A stretch of 64,000 bases of DNA from Nitrososphaera sp. (GTDB lineage Archaea > Thermoproteota > Nitrososphaeria > Nitrososphaerales > Nitrososphaeraceae). The translations under genes and the position numbers were made by a program. Location: NCBI GenBank assembly GCA_035562555.1, contig DATMWK010000068.1:17319-81318 (forward strand), in the 5' to 3' direction. Position 1 is the stretch's first letter. Each line of letters starts with the position of its first letter. The notes beneath the pieces were generated by a model. It ran no database searches. It was not told the origin of the DNA and worked only from the letters and a program-made list of their open reading frames with translations. Positions 50,188 to 59,317 of this stretch are shown one piece after another.

Positions 50188-51576
50188 GTGATTGCTTTTG
50201 GTCATCTCACAGGCAGTTCAGTCCACGTACGGAAGCTCACCACTTCTGAAAACCAGTTCCAACTTTTTGAAAAGCTCTATTTCCTTTACCAAAGGGTCTT
50301 CATCTTGGAGTCGCTCATTGGGCCTGAAGAGCTAACTGAAATATCTGTAATTGGTTTTGACCCCAAACTGGTTGTAACATGCGATTCTAATAATTTCAGC
50401 GTTAAAGATAGGAACGGAAGAATTCTGCAAAGCTCTCCAGCAAAAGAACCGCTATTGAGCCTGCGAGAGTTAATGCCCAAAGTGAATGATGATCGTTTCC
50501 GTTACATTGGTGGCGCAGTCGGATACATCAATTACGACGCAATTCGGTTCTGGGAGCATTTGCCGATCAAAGACAATAAAAAAGTTAGCAACTTTCCGCT
50601 CCTAGAATTTGGCATCTATGATGACGGCATACTCTTTAACCACAAAGAAAACCAAGCTTACTATTTTTTCCTTGGAAAATCGCGACTGGAGCAAATCGAG
50701 CACAAGATGGCACACGTGAAAAGTAAACCAAGTACGTTTTCATATTCGACGCCTAAGAGAAACATGACGAAAAAAAACTTTGTAAAAATGGTGACCAAAG
50801 CCAAGCGTTACATATATGATGGTCACATTTTCCAAGTAGTGCTTGCAAAGAGCATGAATTTTACGGTCAAGGGCAACCTTATTGCTCTCTATGCTAAACT
50901 TCGAGAAGTAAACCCCTCACCATACATGTACATGTTAAAAATGTCTGACAAGTGCATAATAGGCTCAAGCCCTGAAATGCTCATTCGTATCACAAAAGAC
51001 TACGTAGAGACTTTCCCTATCGCAGGCACAAGACAGATACTTCAGGATGAAAAGAAGAACGAAAGGTTGCGTCAAGAATTGCTAGAGGATGAAAAAGAGA
51101 TTGCAGAACATACAATGCTTGTCGATCTAGCAAGAAATGACATAGGAAGGGTCTGTCAATTTGGCACAGTTAAAGTCGAGGATTTCATGACTGTTAAGCG
51201 GTTCAGTCATGTTCAACATATTGTCTCTCACATTGTAGGTAGATTGCATAAAAATTTTGACTCGTACAATTCTGTCAAAGCCGTTTTTCCAGCCGGCACT
51301 GTATCTGGCGCTCCTAAAGTTCGCGCAATGCAAATAATAGATGAGCTGGAGCCTTCAGTCAGAGGACCTTATGCGGGAGCCGTAGGTTACTTTTCATTTA
51401 ATGGCTCATGCGATTTTGCAATAACTATAAGATCTCTATTTGTTAATGGCAGCAAGGCATATGTTCAATCAGGAGCAGGTATTGTTATTGATTCCGATCC
51501 AGAGCTTGAATGGGCGGAAACGGAGCATAAGGCAAATGCTATACTTTCTGCCCTAAAGGCTTCAGCATCTGACTAA
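50188..51576 (+). CDS. Chorismate-binding enzyme: anthranilate synthase component I or aminodeoxychorismate synthase
   Basis: 462 aa. Motifs GDIFQVVL-like (GHIFQVVLAK), NPSPYMY, GSSPE, LVDLARND, GAPK..AM and GGAVGY. No glutaminase subunit lies adjacent. Non-ATG start. Confidence 0.85.
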   Translation: MIAFGHLTGSSVHVRKLTTSENQFQLFEKLYFLYQRVFILESLIGPEELTEISVIGFDPKLVVTCDSNNFSVKDRNGRILQSSPAKEPLLSLRELMPKVNDDRFRYIGGAVGYINYDAIRFWEHLPIKDNKKVSNFPLLEFGIYDDGILFNHKENQAYYFFLGKSRLEQIEHKMAHVKSKPSTFSYSTPKRNMTKKNFVKMVTKAKRYIYDGHIFQVVLAKSMNFTVKGNLIALYAKLREVNPSPYMYMLKMSDKCIIGSSPEMLIRITKDYVETFPIAGTRQILQDEKKNERLRQELLEDEKEIAEHTMLVDLARNDIGRVCQFGTVKVEDFMTVKRFSHVQHIVSHIVGRLHKNFDSYNSVKAVFPAGTVSGAPKVRAMQIIDELEPSVRGPYAGAVGYFSFNGSCDFAITIRSLFVNGSKAYVQSGAGIVIDSDPELEWAETEHKANAILSALKASASD

Positions 51577-51752
51577 TTATAGATGTTTTTGCTCAATCAG
51601 CCAAAGGTTTTCTTTTGTACTGTCTGTTGGTTTTGTGCGTAGTCAATGGAAAAAAGAGGGCAGTACAGGCAACCGTCAAAAAATCCAAGTGTAGATTATA
51701 TATGTAGTATAATTTTGAATAAGTTAATAATAAAGTCCTACTTATACCATTA

Positions 51753-51786
51753 TTAGCAAATTAGTTTTTTTAATACTAATTGCTAA
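51753..51786. terminator. Imperfect hairpin between the convergent trpE-like and thrC genes
   Basis: TTAGCAAATTAGT-ttttttaat-ACTAATTGCTAA: 12-bp stem with one bulged A and a T-rich loop. Confidence 0.35.
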
Positions 51787-51852
51787 AATATAAAGCTACC
51801 AACGTAGTAATAAAGTCATTAACGTTCCTTTTGACACAAACAGAAGAAAGTT

Positions 51853-53193
51853 TTAGTGGCTCGTTGGCGGCCTTGCAAATATATTCTCTACATTTATATG
51901 ATATTCTACTGCAAGCCCAGGATCTTTTTGCCTACCAGTAAGAATACCAACCACTACATCATCCTTCTTGATTAGCCCTTCCCTACGGAGCTTTCTAACA
52001 CCCGCAGGAACCGCACCAGAGGCCATTTCGCAGTCAAAGCCATTTAGACCAACTATTGACATGCCATCACTCATTTCGTTGTCGCTCACTTGTACCACAA
52101 CACCATCGGTGAAGTCTAAGGCACGCAGTGCTTTGACAATATTAGCTGGTCTGCCTATCTGAATTGCAGTTGCGTGTGTCTTTGGCCTGATTCCTTTGTT
52201 GTCCATATCAGCATAATAGCGGTCGATCATTGCAAGATCTGGCCTGCCACTGTTCCATCTCAGAGGCTTGTCTTCAAACTGCCCATTGTACAGTCTGTAT
52301 AATGTATTTGCTCCTTCTGCATTCACTACTACAAGCCGTGGGATTTTTTTGATCCATCCCCATTCATAAAGCTCAATCAAGCATTTTCCGCAGCTCGATG
52401 TGTTACCTAGGGCTCCACCAGGATACACAATCCAATCCGGAGGATTCCAGTCCAAGTATTCAAGGACACGGTAAACCATCGTCTTTTGACCTTCCAAGCG
52501 GAATGGATTGATCGAATTGACTGTGTATCCGCCGGTTTCTTTCGCGTTTCTAAGTGAAGCAGTAAGAGCGTCATCAAAATTCCCTTGCACTTGTATTACC
52601 TGAGCTCCAAACTGGAAGGCTTGGCCAAGCTTTCCAGGGGCAATTTCACCCCTTGGAATGTAAACGTCACATTCTATATTTTCGTTTGCAGCATACATTG
52701 CCGCAGAAGCCGAAGTGTTGCCGGTAGAGGCACAAACTATTCTCTTTACTCCAAGCATTTTTGCATGTGTCATTGCAGTCGACATGCCGTTGTCCTTAAA
52801 CGAGCCTGATGGATTATATCCTTCTGGCTGAAGAAAGAAAGAATCGTGGTCCATGCTTGCATATTCAGCTACTTTGCTCATCTTGTAAGGTTTGGAAAGG
52901 CGGCCTTCAGAGCCGTCAAGCGACACGAGCAAACGAGCGCATTCATTAAAGTCTTCAGTGTTTAGACCGGCAAAATTGATTAGTTCGCGAAAGCGCCATA
53001 CTCCGCTTTCGTTGTAAATGTTGCCACCATGATCCCTACGCTGGTAGAACTTTTCTATTAAGTCCCGGCTTTGCTTCTCATTATATTTTATGTCGAGAAG
53101 TGAGCCACAGGAGCATTTGTAAATATCATTGTTTATCTCAAAACTTAAACCGCATGAGGGATTGATGCATTTTTTGACAGTACGTGCATCCAT
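51853..53193 (-). CDS. thrC: Threonine synthase with N-terminal zinc ribbon
   Basis: 446 aa. N-terminal C..C...C.C, the PLP lysine motif NPSGSFKDNG, and a GNTS motif. Confidence 0.92.
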   Translation of the reverse strand: MDARTVKKCINPSCGLSFEINNDIYKCSCGSLLDIKYNEKQSRDLIEKFYQRRDHGGNIYNESGVWRFRELINFAGLNTEDFNECARLLVSLDGSEGRLSKPYKMSKVAEYASMDHDSFFLQPEGYNPSGSFKDNGMSTAMTHAKMLGVKRIVCASTGNTSASAAMYAANENIECDVYIPRGEIAPGKLGQAFQFGAQVIQVQGNFDDALTASLRNAKETGGYTVNSINPFRLEGQKTMVYRVLEYLDWNPPDWIVYPGGALGNTSSCGKCLIELYEWGWIKKIPRLVVVNAEGANTLYRLYNGQFEDKPLRWNSGRPDLAMIDRYYADMDNKGIRPKTHATAIQIGRPANIVKALRALDFTDGVVVQVSDNEMSDGMSIVGLNGFDCEMASGAVPAGVRKLRREGLIKKDDVVVGILTGRQKDPGLAVEYHINVENIFARPPTSH

Positions 53194-53240
53194 ATTATTT
53201 GAGCCCTCTGATTGTTATTTAGACGTTGTTCTAGATAGCG

Positions 53241-53504
53241 CTACTTTTTGGTCGTTTTTTCATACATCTTGAGTAGCTGCTGGATGACACCATCCATGTC
53301 GTCCTCCCTAACTTCCGGCGAAACCGCATGTTTAAGTAAATTGCTTACAGTGTTGGAGATCTCGGAACTGACTTCGTCAAAGCTATCCATGTCACTATAG
53401 TTCTGTTGATAAAGGCTCCTCAATCGCATTGCATACATGTGCGTCTGTTCATTCATTGTGATGTCGTAGTTGCGATTGTTGACCTTTATCTTCTCCTTTA
53501 TCAT
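53241..53504 (-). CDS. Hypothetical acidic protein
   Basis: 87-aa ORF with an ATG start, co-directional with and upstream of thrC. No motif recognised. Confidence 0.4.
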   Translation of the reverse strand: MIKEKIKVNNRNYDITMNEQTHMYAMRLRSLYQQNYSDMDSFDEVSSEISNTVSNLLKHAVSPEVREDDMDGVIQQLLKMYEKTTKK

Positions 53505-53682
53505 GTTCTACACGTAACCAGACTATAGCCTTTAAAAACCTGTCTACTTATGAGTAACATCGTCGATAATGTTATATCTTTTGTAACCAAAGACCCCTGT
53601 AACCGCGGTCAGAGGTACCTAGGATACAATGATACTTTTATGGTCTTAATATCATGATGGCTTGGGTGCTATAGTAATAAGA

Positions 53683-54333
53683 ATGCCATTTGATAACAGG
53701 TGGGTAAAGCCACAGGGAGAAAGCGTTGGTCACAAATTGCTTGAGGGCATCAAGCCGCAAGCACCATTGAAGCCAAGGATAGAGGAAGCACAGAAAAAGT
53801 TGCATATGCAAATCTCAAGGCTAGATGCAATAGCCTTGAGAATGCAAGAAAAAGATAAACTGATTTTCAAGCGCGTAGTGCTTGCCATGCAAAGTCATGA
53901 TTCTTCACATGCAAAGGTCTTGTCAGGCGAACTGTCACAGATCCGAAAGATGAACAAGATGGTCACATCAGCGAAGCTAGCTTTAGAGCAGATACAGCTT
54001 AGGCTTAACACAATGACAGAGCTCGGAGATGTAGTGGTAACATTGAGCCCTGCAATGTCTGTTATAAAGGGATTGCAGAGCGGATTGTCAGGAATGATGC
54101 CAGAAGCAGATCAGTCATTTGGACAAATATCCGACTTGCTAGGAAACATCATGACAGACTCGGGACAGATACCGAATAGTGAAATTGCAAACTTCAACAC
54201 GATAAACGAAGATACAGCACAGATAATGGAAGAAGCTAGTACAGTGGTCGAAATGAACATGAAGAGCAAATTCCCAGATTTGCCTTCTCCAAACCTGGCA
54301 GCTGCAAAGAACCTAGAGGCAACAAGTTACTAG
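53683..54333 (+). CDS. cdvB: ESCRT-III (Snf7/Vps2-like) protein, CdvB family
   Basis: Coiled-coil helical hairpin pattern (KLHMQISRLDAIALRMQEKDK...AKVLSGELSQIRKMNKM...LEQIQLRLNT...) and an acidic C-terminus. The ATG at 53683 is preferred over the TTG at 53662. Confidence 0.78.
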   Translation: MPFDNRWVKPQGESVGHKLLEGIKPQAPLKPRIEEAQKKLHMQISRLDAIALRMQEKDKLIFKRVVLAMQSHDSSHAKVLSGELSQIRKMNKMVTSAKLALEQIQLRLNTMTELGDVVVTLSPAMSVIKGLQSGLSGMMPEADQSFGQISDLLGNIMTDSGQIPNSEIANFNTINEDTAQIMEEASTVVEMNMKSKFPDLPSPNLAAAKNLEATSY

Positions 54334-54356
54334 CTCTTGTCTATATGTCTCTCACT

Positions 54357-54686
54357 CTATTTTTTGCTCGCTATTTTTCTAACTTGTTTTTTTATCCTCG
54401 ATATCGTGGGGTAGCTATATCCTTTTTCCCTATAAGTCTTGATCATGGCCTTCCAATTATTGAGCCGCCAATTTGCTTGATCCTCTGTGAGCAAGAGCGT
54501 CTCTCTCTTCACTAAACTCTTTCGCCCAGGCAACAAATACCCGCCGCTTTCAGCCGTATAGCGGCTATACGCAAAGCGCAATCCAAAGAGCAATTCATGA
54601 GGTGGAAGCGCTCTAATATACACTGCAAATTCTCTACGTTGCTCCTCTGACAGGTTTACTTTGAACACAAATTCCCTACTGCGCAT
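54357..54686 (-). CDS. Hypothetical basic protein downstream of bioF
   Basis: 109 aa with an ATG start and a Lys/Arg-rich C-terminus (ISRIKKQVRKIASKK). A TATA-like AAAGTTTTTAATAAAG lies about 25-35 nt upstream, abutting the palindrome at 54723-54746. Confidence 0.5.
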   Translation of the reverse strand: MRSREFVFKVNLSEEQRREFAVYIRALPPHELLFGLRFAYSRYTAESGGYLLPGRKSLVKRETLLLTEDQANWRLNNWKAMIKTYREKGYSYPTISRIKKQVRKIASKK

Positions 54687-54722
54687 ATAAAGTGGCAGGA
54701 CCTAATCTTTATTAAAAACTTT

Positions 54723-54746
54723 ATTTCTAAACTCGAGTTTAGAAAT
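54723..54746. promoter_or_regulatory. 24-nt perfect palindrome ATTTCTAAACTCGAGTTTAGAAAT (bio site 1)
   Basis: Read directly. Lies 5 nt downstream of the bioF stop and 37 nt upstream of the ORF109 ATG. Confidence 0.9.
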
Positions 54747-54750
54747 TTTC

Positions 54751-55914
54751 CTATAGTATGCCTGTCTTTTTACCCGCTCTTTCAAGTGCCGAGAGCGAAA
54801 AATCCAAATGTCTTTTGCGGTGCATCGCATTCAGTGAAATTCTGAGTCGAGCATGACCCTTTTTGACTGTTGGATACCGAATTGCTTGAGCAAAAACACC
54901 CCGCTCTAGCAATTCTTTGGAGAGCTCCAAGGCCTGAGCTTCTTTACCGACTATGATTGGAACTATCTGGCTTGAAGAGTTTGCAACTTCAAATCCTAGC
55001 CTTTTGATTTCCTTGAAAAAATAGAGGACATTCCATTGAAGCCTCTTTTGTAAATATCCACTCTTTGCTATTGGAAGAGCCGTAATTGCTGCAGAGCATA
55101 AATGGTCAGGCAGGGCTGAAGTGTAGATAAATTGTCTTGATGTATTAATTAACAGCTCCCTAATGGGGAATGTAGTTGCTACATATCCTCCGAAGCAACC
55201 CAACGCCTTACTCATACTGCTCACATGGATGTCAAAGTTTACTCTCATTTTAGCTGGCATTCCTGAAAAGCCAGGCCCAAAGACAAAGTCACCATGTGCA
55301 TCGTCAATAATGGTTATTGCACCGTGGTCATCGGCTATGCTCTTTATTTCCGATAGTTTTCCCATGTCTCCGTCCATGCTAAAGATACCTTCGGTTATCA
55401 CAATTTTTCTGCCTCTTCCGCGCCCCATTTGCTCTTGTAAATGATCAGTGTCATTATGCCGAAAGACAACAATTGTTGCCCCGCTCAACCGACATGCATC
55501 CACTATGCTAGCATGGTTCAGCTCATCACTAAATATCGTTGAATTCTTGTCTGCAACTGTCGTAACCACACCCAAGTTAGCAGTGTAACCTGTGGGATAT
55601 AGAAGAGCTGATTCTGTTCTACGGTGGCATGCAAGCAGACCTTCAAGTTCGGTAAGTTTTGGATGGTTGCCTGCAATTAACCTTGAACCACATTGTGATA
55701 CTTCTTCGTTCAGTGCGGTAATAGTTTTCTTGATTACTTGCTTGTTTTGAGAGAGCCCGAGATAGTCGTTGGAGCAAAGATTAATGACCTCCTTGCCGTC
55801 GACATTGGCCATTGGACCTCTAGGAACGACCGTCCTAAGATGACGATATAACCCGCTATTTTCAAGAAAATCAAGCTGATCCTTGACAAAAGCGGTCCTA
55901 TGGCTTGAGCCCAA
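54751..55914 (-). CDS. bioF: 8-amino-7-oxononanoate synthase
   Basis: 387 aa alpha-oxoamine synthase. Motifs SNDYLGL, DELNHASI, DDAHG and the PLP lysine SMSKALG. Overlaps bioB by 17 nt. Confidence 0.92.
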   Translation of the reverse strand: MGSSHRTAFVKDQLDFLENSGLYRHLRTVVPRGPMANVDGKEVINLCSNDYLGLSQNKQVIKKTITALNEEVSQCGSRLIAGNHPKLTELEGLLACHRRTESALLYPTGYTANLGVVTTVADKNSTIFSDELNHASIVDACRLSGATIVVFRHNDTDHLQEQMGRGRGRKIVITEGIFSMDGDMGKLSEIKSIADDHGAITIIDDAHGDFVFGPGFSGMPAKMRVNFDIHVSSMSKALGCFGGYVATTFPIRELLINTSRQFIYTSALPDHLCSAAITALPIAKSGYLQKRLQWNVLYFFKEIKRLGFEVANSSSQIVPIIVGKEAQALELSKELLERGVFAQAIRYPTVKKGHARLRISLNAMHRKRHLDFSLSALERAGKKTGIL

Positions 55915-56881
55915 TTTCTTTTATCATCGCAATGTCCGTTTGGGCCGTATTTCCCCCAGTGGTCAGGTATCCGCCTGTGATGATACCATTTGCTCCTGCC
56001 TTGAGAGCTAGTTTCTCATTATGCTTGAGATGCACCTCCCGCCCACCTGCTATCTTAAGAATAGTTTTTGGCAATATGAAACGCCATACTGCAATTGTTT
56101 TGATTGCCTCTATAGGATCCATTGGCTCAAGATTCTCAAGCGGAGTCCCTTCTCTACCGATCAGAATATTGATAGGTACCTCTTCAGGGTGAAGCGATGC
56201 AAGTGAGAAAGCCAGCTCTAGCCTCTGTCTAGGGGTTTCACCCATACCTATTATACCCCCACAGCACAGCTCTAAACCCGCCTCCTTGACAATTTTTGCA
56301 GTATTTACTCTGTCAGAGAAGCGATGTGTGTTGCAGATATTGGGAAAAAAACTCTCAGCAGTTTCTAGGTTATGGTTATAACGCTTGACTCTCATAGCCT
56401 TTAGCTTCTTCGCTCTATCTAATGTCATAAACCCAAGAGAGACATTGACTTCAATATCCACTTTGGATCTAATCTCTCCTATTGCTTCACAGATCTGTTG
56501 AAAGTCCTTCTCGGGAGGCTCTCTGTAAGCGCATACCAAACAAAAACTTGTAGCGCCCTCTTCCTTAGCCTTTGCTGCCTTCTCGACTAACTTTTCTTTC
56601 CGCAATAAAGGATATTTCTCAATACCAGTATTGTAGAATGAGGATTGTGCACAAAATGAGCAATCCTCAGGACACCTCCCTGATTTTGCATTCACCAGAG
56701 CCTCGACATCTACCGTGTCACCGTTAAACGTCCGAGTGATAGTATTAGCGCAATCAGCAAGAAGCATGACGTCATCGGTGCCAAGTAATGTCTCTGCTTC
56801 TTCAAAGGTTATCGAGTCACCGGCGAGTACTCTCGCCGTACAACCTTGAATCAAGGCCGGGTCCATTATAAGGTGAGGCAA
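55898..56881 (-). CDS. bioB: Biotin synthase
   Basis: 327 aa. Radical SAM motif CPEDCSFC, plus YNHNLET and GGIIGMGE. TTG at 56881. The alternative ATG at 56856 fits a TATA-like AAATTTTAATTACC at 56893-56906. Confidence 0.93.
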   Translation of the reverse strand: MPHLIMDPALIQGCTARVLAGDSITFEEAETLLGTDDVMLLADCANTITRTFNGDTVDVEALVNAKSGRCPEDCSFCAQSSFYNTGIEKYPLLRKEKLVEKAAKAKEEGATSFCLVCAYREPPEKDFQQICEAIGEIRSKVDIEVNVSLGFMTLDRAKKLKAMRVKRYNHNLETAESFFPNICNTHRFSDRVNTAKIVKEAGLELCCGGIIGMGETPRQRLELAFSLASLHPEEVPINILIGREGTPLENLEPMDPIEAIKTIAVWRFILPKTILKIAGGREVHLKHNEKLALKAGANGIITGGYLTTGGNTAQTDIAMIKEIGLKP

Positions 56882-56930
56882 CCTGGATCCGGTAATTAAA
56901 ATTTCTGTTCAAAGAGCTGGGTTCCGGACG

Positions 56931-56958
56931 ATATCTCTAAATTCGAATTTAGAAATAT
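56931..56958. promoter_or_regulatory. Palindrome TCTAAATTCGAATTTAGA (bio site 2)
   Basis: Read directly. The core at 56936-56953 is an 18-nt perfect palindrome, extending to 28 nt (56931-56958) with one mismatch. Its centre lies about 63 nt upstream of the bioB TTG start. Confidence 0.9.
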
Positions 56959-57350
56959 GCGCTAGGCTTTTACTACGTATCTGAACCTTGAAAGATATGG
57001 CAAATAACGAATCCCTTTTTGGGGTATGCTCCTCGTTTATAAATATGACACATTACAGACTGGTTCAAAACGGAGGTTAAAGGGGGCCCCGGATAGCCAA
57101 AAAGACCCAATGATTAGTAGATCATTCTCTTCGCAGGTATGGAAAGAGAAGTGGCGGTTTTCGTTACATATCTGCACAATGCAAAACAGTTCAATAATGG
57201 AACGTTTTCTATACGGCACAAAAATGAGTACCTTTTTTTTACCCTTGGTTTCTAATAGGTTACGATCAAGTCGTCCATTTATTGACGCTACCCTTTTTGA
57301 ACACTTTTCTTGACAATGAGCTAATTATAGCAGAGCTTCTGATAGGGAAT

Positions 57351-57944
57351 ATGAAATATGCCTTTGCATACCTACGCGTAAGCACAGAAGAGCAGACTGT
57401 CCAGAATCAGAAGATTGCTCTTGAAAAATGGGCGTCCGCAAACAATTACTTAATTCTGGACTCTTTTGAAGATCCTGCTATAAGCGGTAAAGTTCCTGCC
57501 ACTGAGAGGCGCGGATTTCGAGAGATGCTGGAGCTCGTAAAAATGACTGGAGTTGATGCTGTTTTAGTCTATGAGTTATCACGCGTTGGAAGAACTTTCT
57601 GGGATACATTAGATGCGATAAAGGCAGTAGAGCGCTATGCATCTTTGATTTCATGCTCGCCCCGAGAATCATTTCTACAAACCACAGAGTCCAGTATCAG
57701 AAAACTCATGATCGGGATCCTGACATGGGCTGCCGAGAGAGAACGTGAGCTTCTAGTCCAGAGGACAAAGGATGGCATGGACCGGGCCAAAGCGGCAGGG
57801 AAAGGCATTGGTCGGCCTCAAAAGATAATTGATAAAGATAGGCTCATAACCCTACTTGCAGAAAATCACTCAAAAGCTAGAATAGCAAAGACTCTTGGGA
57901 TCTCAAAAGGTACCCTGTACAAGAAATTGAGTGACCTAGGATAG
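57351..57944 (+). CDS. Small serine recombinase (resolvase/invertase family)
   Basis: 197 aa from the ATG at 57351. Catalytic motif AYLRVSTEEQ, then VYELSRVGR, and a C-terminal HTH (ARIAKTLGISKGTLYKKL). Confidence 0.9.
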   Translation: MKYAFAYLRVSTEEQTVQNQKIALEKWASANNYLILDSFEDPAISGKVPATERRGFREMLELVKMTGVDAVLVYELSRVGRTFWDTLDAIKAVERYASLISCSPRESFLQTTESSIRKLMIGILTWAAERERELLVQRTKDGMDRAKAAGKGIGRPQKIIDKDRLITLLAENHSKARIAKTLGISKGTLYKKLSDLG

Positions 57945-59273
57945 TTTCTCTATCTTTCTCACCAACATAAGCTGCACGTTGACAAGCTTCTCTAGATCCC
58001 GCCTTCCAATACCGAGGGGTGGAATTAAGAGCATGATGTTGCGAAGCGGTCTAAGATACACTCTCATCTTTAGCGCTTGTTGTACTATAAAGTAGTTTAT
58101 GATTTCTTTATTTTTCAAGATGATAATGGGTTTATCGTTTTTTGCAAGCTCGATTCCAACAAGTAGACCCTTATGTCGGATATCAGCTACTATAGGAGAT
58201 TTGTAAAATTCAGGCAGTCTTGATGCTATATATTTTGTGTTCACTTTGATTTGCTGGATTAGATTATGGTTTTGGTAATTCTCAATATTTGCTAAGGCTG
58301 CGCTGCAGCCTACAGTATGGCCTGTAAAAGTGTGACCATGATATAAGAGCTTATTTTTACAGTATCTCCCTAAAAAAGCATCAAAGATGCGACGAGTAAC
58401 AAGAGTTACTGCTAGCGGGAAATAGCCTCCGGTAAGAGCTTTTCCAAAGCATACGATGTCTGGTTGTGACTTCTGGGCACGATATTCTACGACATTTCCA
58501 AGTCTACCAAAACCAGTTGCAATCTCGTCTAGAATTAGCAAGATGTCATAATCTCTGCACAGCCTTGCTATTTTTTTTTGATAACCTTTAGGAAAAACTA
58601 TTGCTCCTCCTGCTATCTGAGCGCCGCTTTCCATAACTAGCGCGGCGCATCGATTCATGTGCCTCTTGATAGTGTTCTCAGTCTTCTCAAGACACCATTC
58701 TACTAAGTCGCTTTCATTCGTAAACCTGCTCCCATAAAGGATAGGGCTTGGAACCCTGTGCACATTAAACAATAGAGGTTTATACGCTCTGAAAAAATCC
58801 TCGATGTAACCAATAGACATTGCGCCCGTTGTGTCTCCATGATATCCGTGCTCCAGTGAGATAAATTCCCTCTTTTTGTCTTTGCCGTTATTGTACCAGT
58901 ATTGAAGAGCTATCTTCATAGCGACCTCTATCGCGGTAGAGCCATTGTCAGTATAGAATACCTTCTCCATTCCCGTTGCCAATGTAATAAGCCTTTCAGC
59001 AAGCTTTATGGATGGTGCATTGGCAAAGCCAAACAAGGTCGAATGGGGGATGTTTTTAAGCTGATCTACCATGGCTTGAACAACTTTATTCTGTGTGTGA
59101 CCCCACACGTTGCACCACATGCTTGCAGTGCCGTCTAGGTATTTTCTTCCCTGGCTATCAACGAGGTAAAAACCATCTCCTTTCACTATTACCTTGTTAT
59201 TCCATTTTGCCCAGTCGCTCATCTGGGTATATGGATGCCATACAAACTCTTTGTCGGCATTTGTCAGGTTCAA
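57936..59273 (-). CDS. bioA: Adenosylmethionine-8-amino-7-oxononanoate aminotransferase
   Basis: 445 aa class III aminotransferase. Motifs DGTASMWCN, DEIATGFGR and the PLP lysine FGKALTGGY. TTG start. Confidence 0.93.
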   Translation of the reverse strand: MNLTNADKEFVWHPYTQMSDWAKWNNKVIVKGDGFYLVDSQGRKYLDGTASMWCNVWGHTQNKVVQAMVDQLKNIPHSTLFGFANAPSIKLAERLITLATGMEKVFYTDNGSTAIEVAMKIALQYWYNNGKDKKREFISLEHGYHGDTTGAMSIGYIEDFFRAYKPLLFNVHRVPSPILYGSRFTNESDLVEWCLEKTENTIKRHMNRCAALVMESGAQIAGGAIVFPKGYQKKIARLCRDYDILLILDEIATGFGRLGNVVEYRAQKSQPDIVCFGKALTGGYFPLAVTLVTRRIFDAFLGRYCKNKLLYHGHTFTGHTVGCSAALANIENYQNHNLIQQIKVNTKYIASRLPEFYKSPIVADIRHKGLLVGIELAKNDKPIIILKNKEIINYFIVQQALKMRVYLRPLRNIMLLIPPLGIGRRDLEKLVNVQLMLVRKIEKLS

Positions 59274-59317
59274 TTCAGTTAAATGCTTGTTTCATCTGCA
59301 GCTCTAATAATATTTCC

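Noticed and set aside
57026-57313. 95-aa ORF in the gap between bio site 2 and the recombinase, considered as an excisionase or accessory gene
   Set aside because: It has no motif, overlaps an equally weak ORF on the opposite strand and runs into the recombinase frame. The evidence is insufficient.
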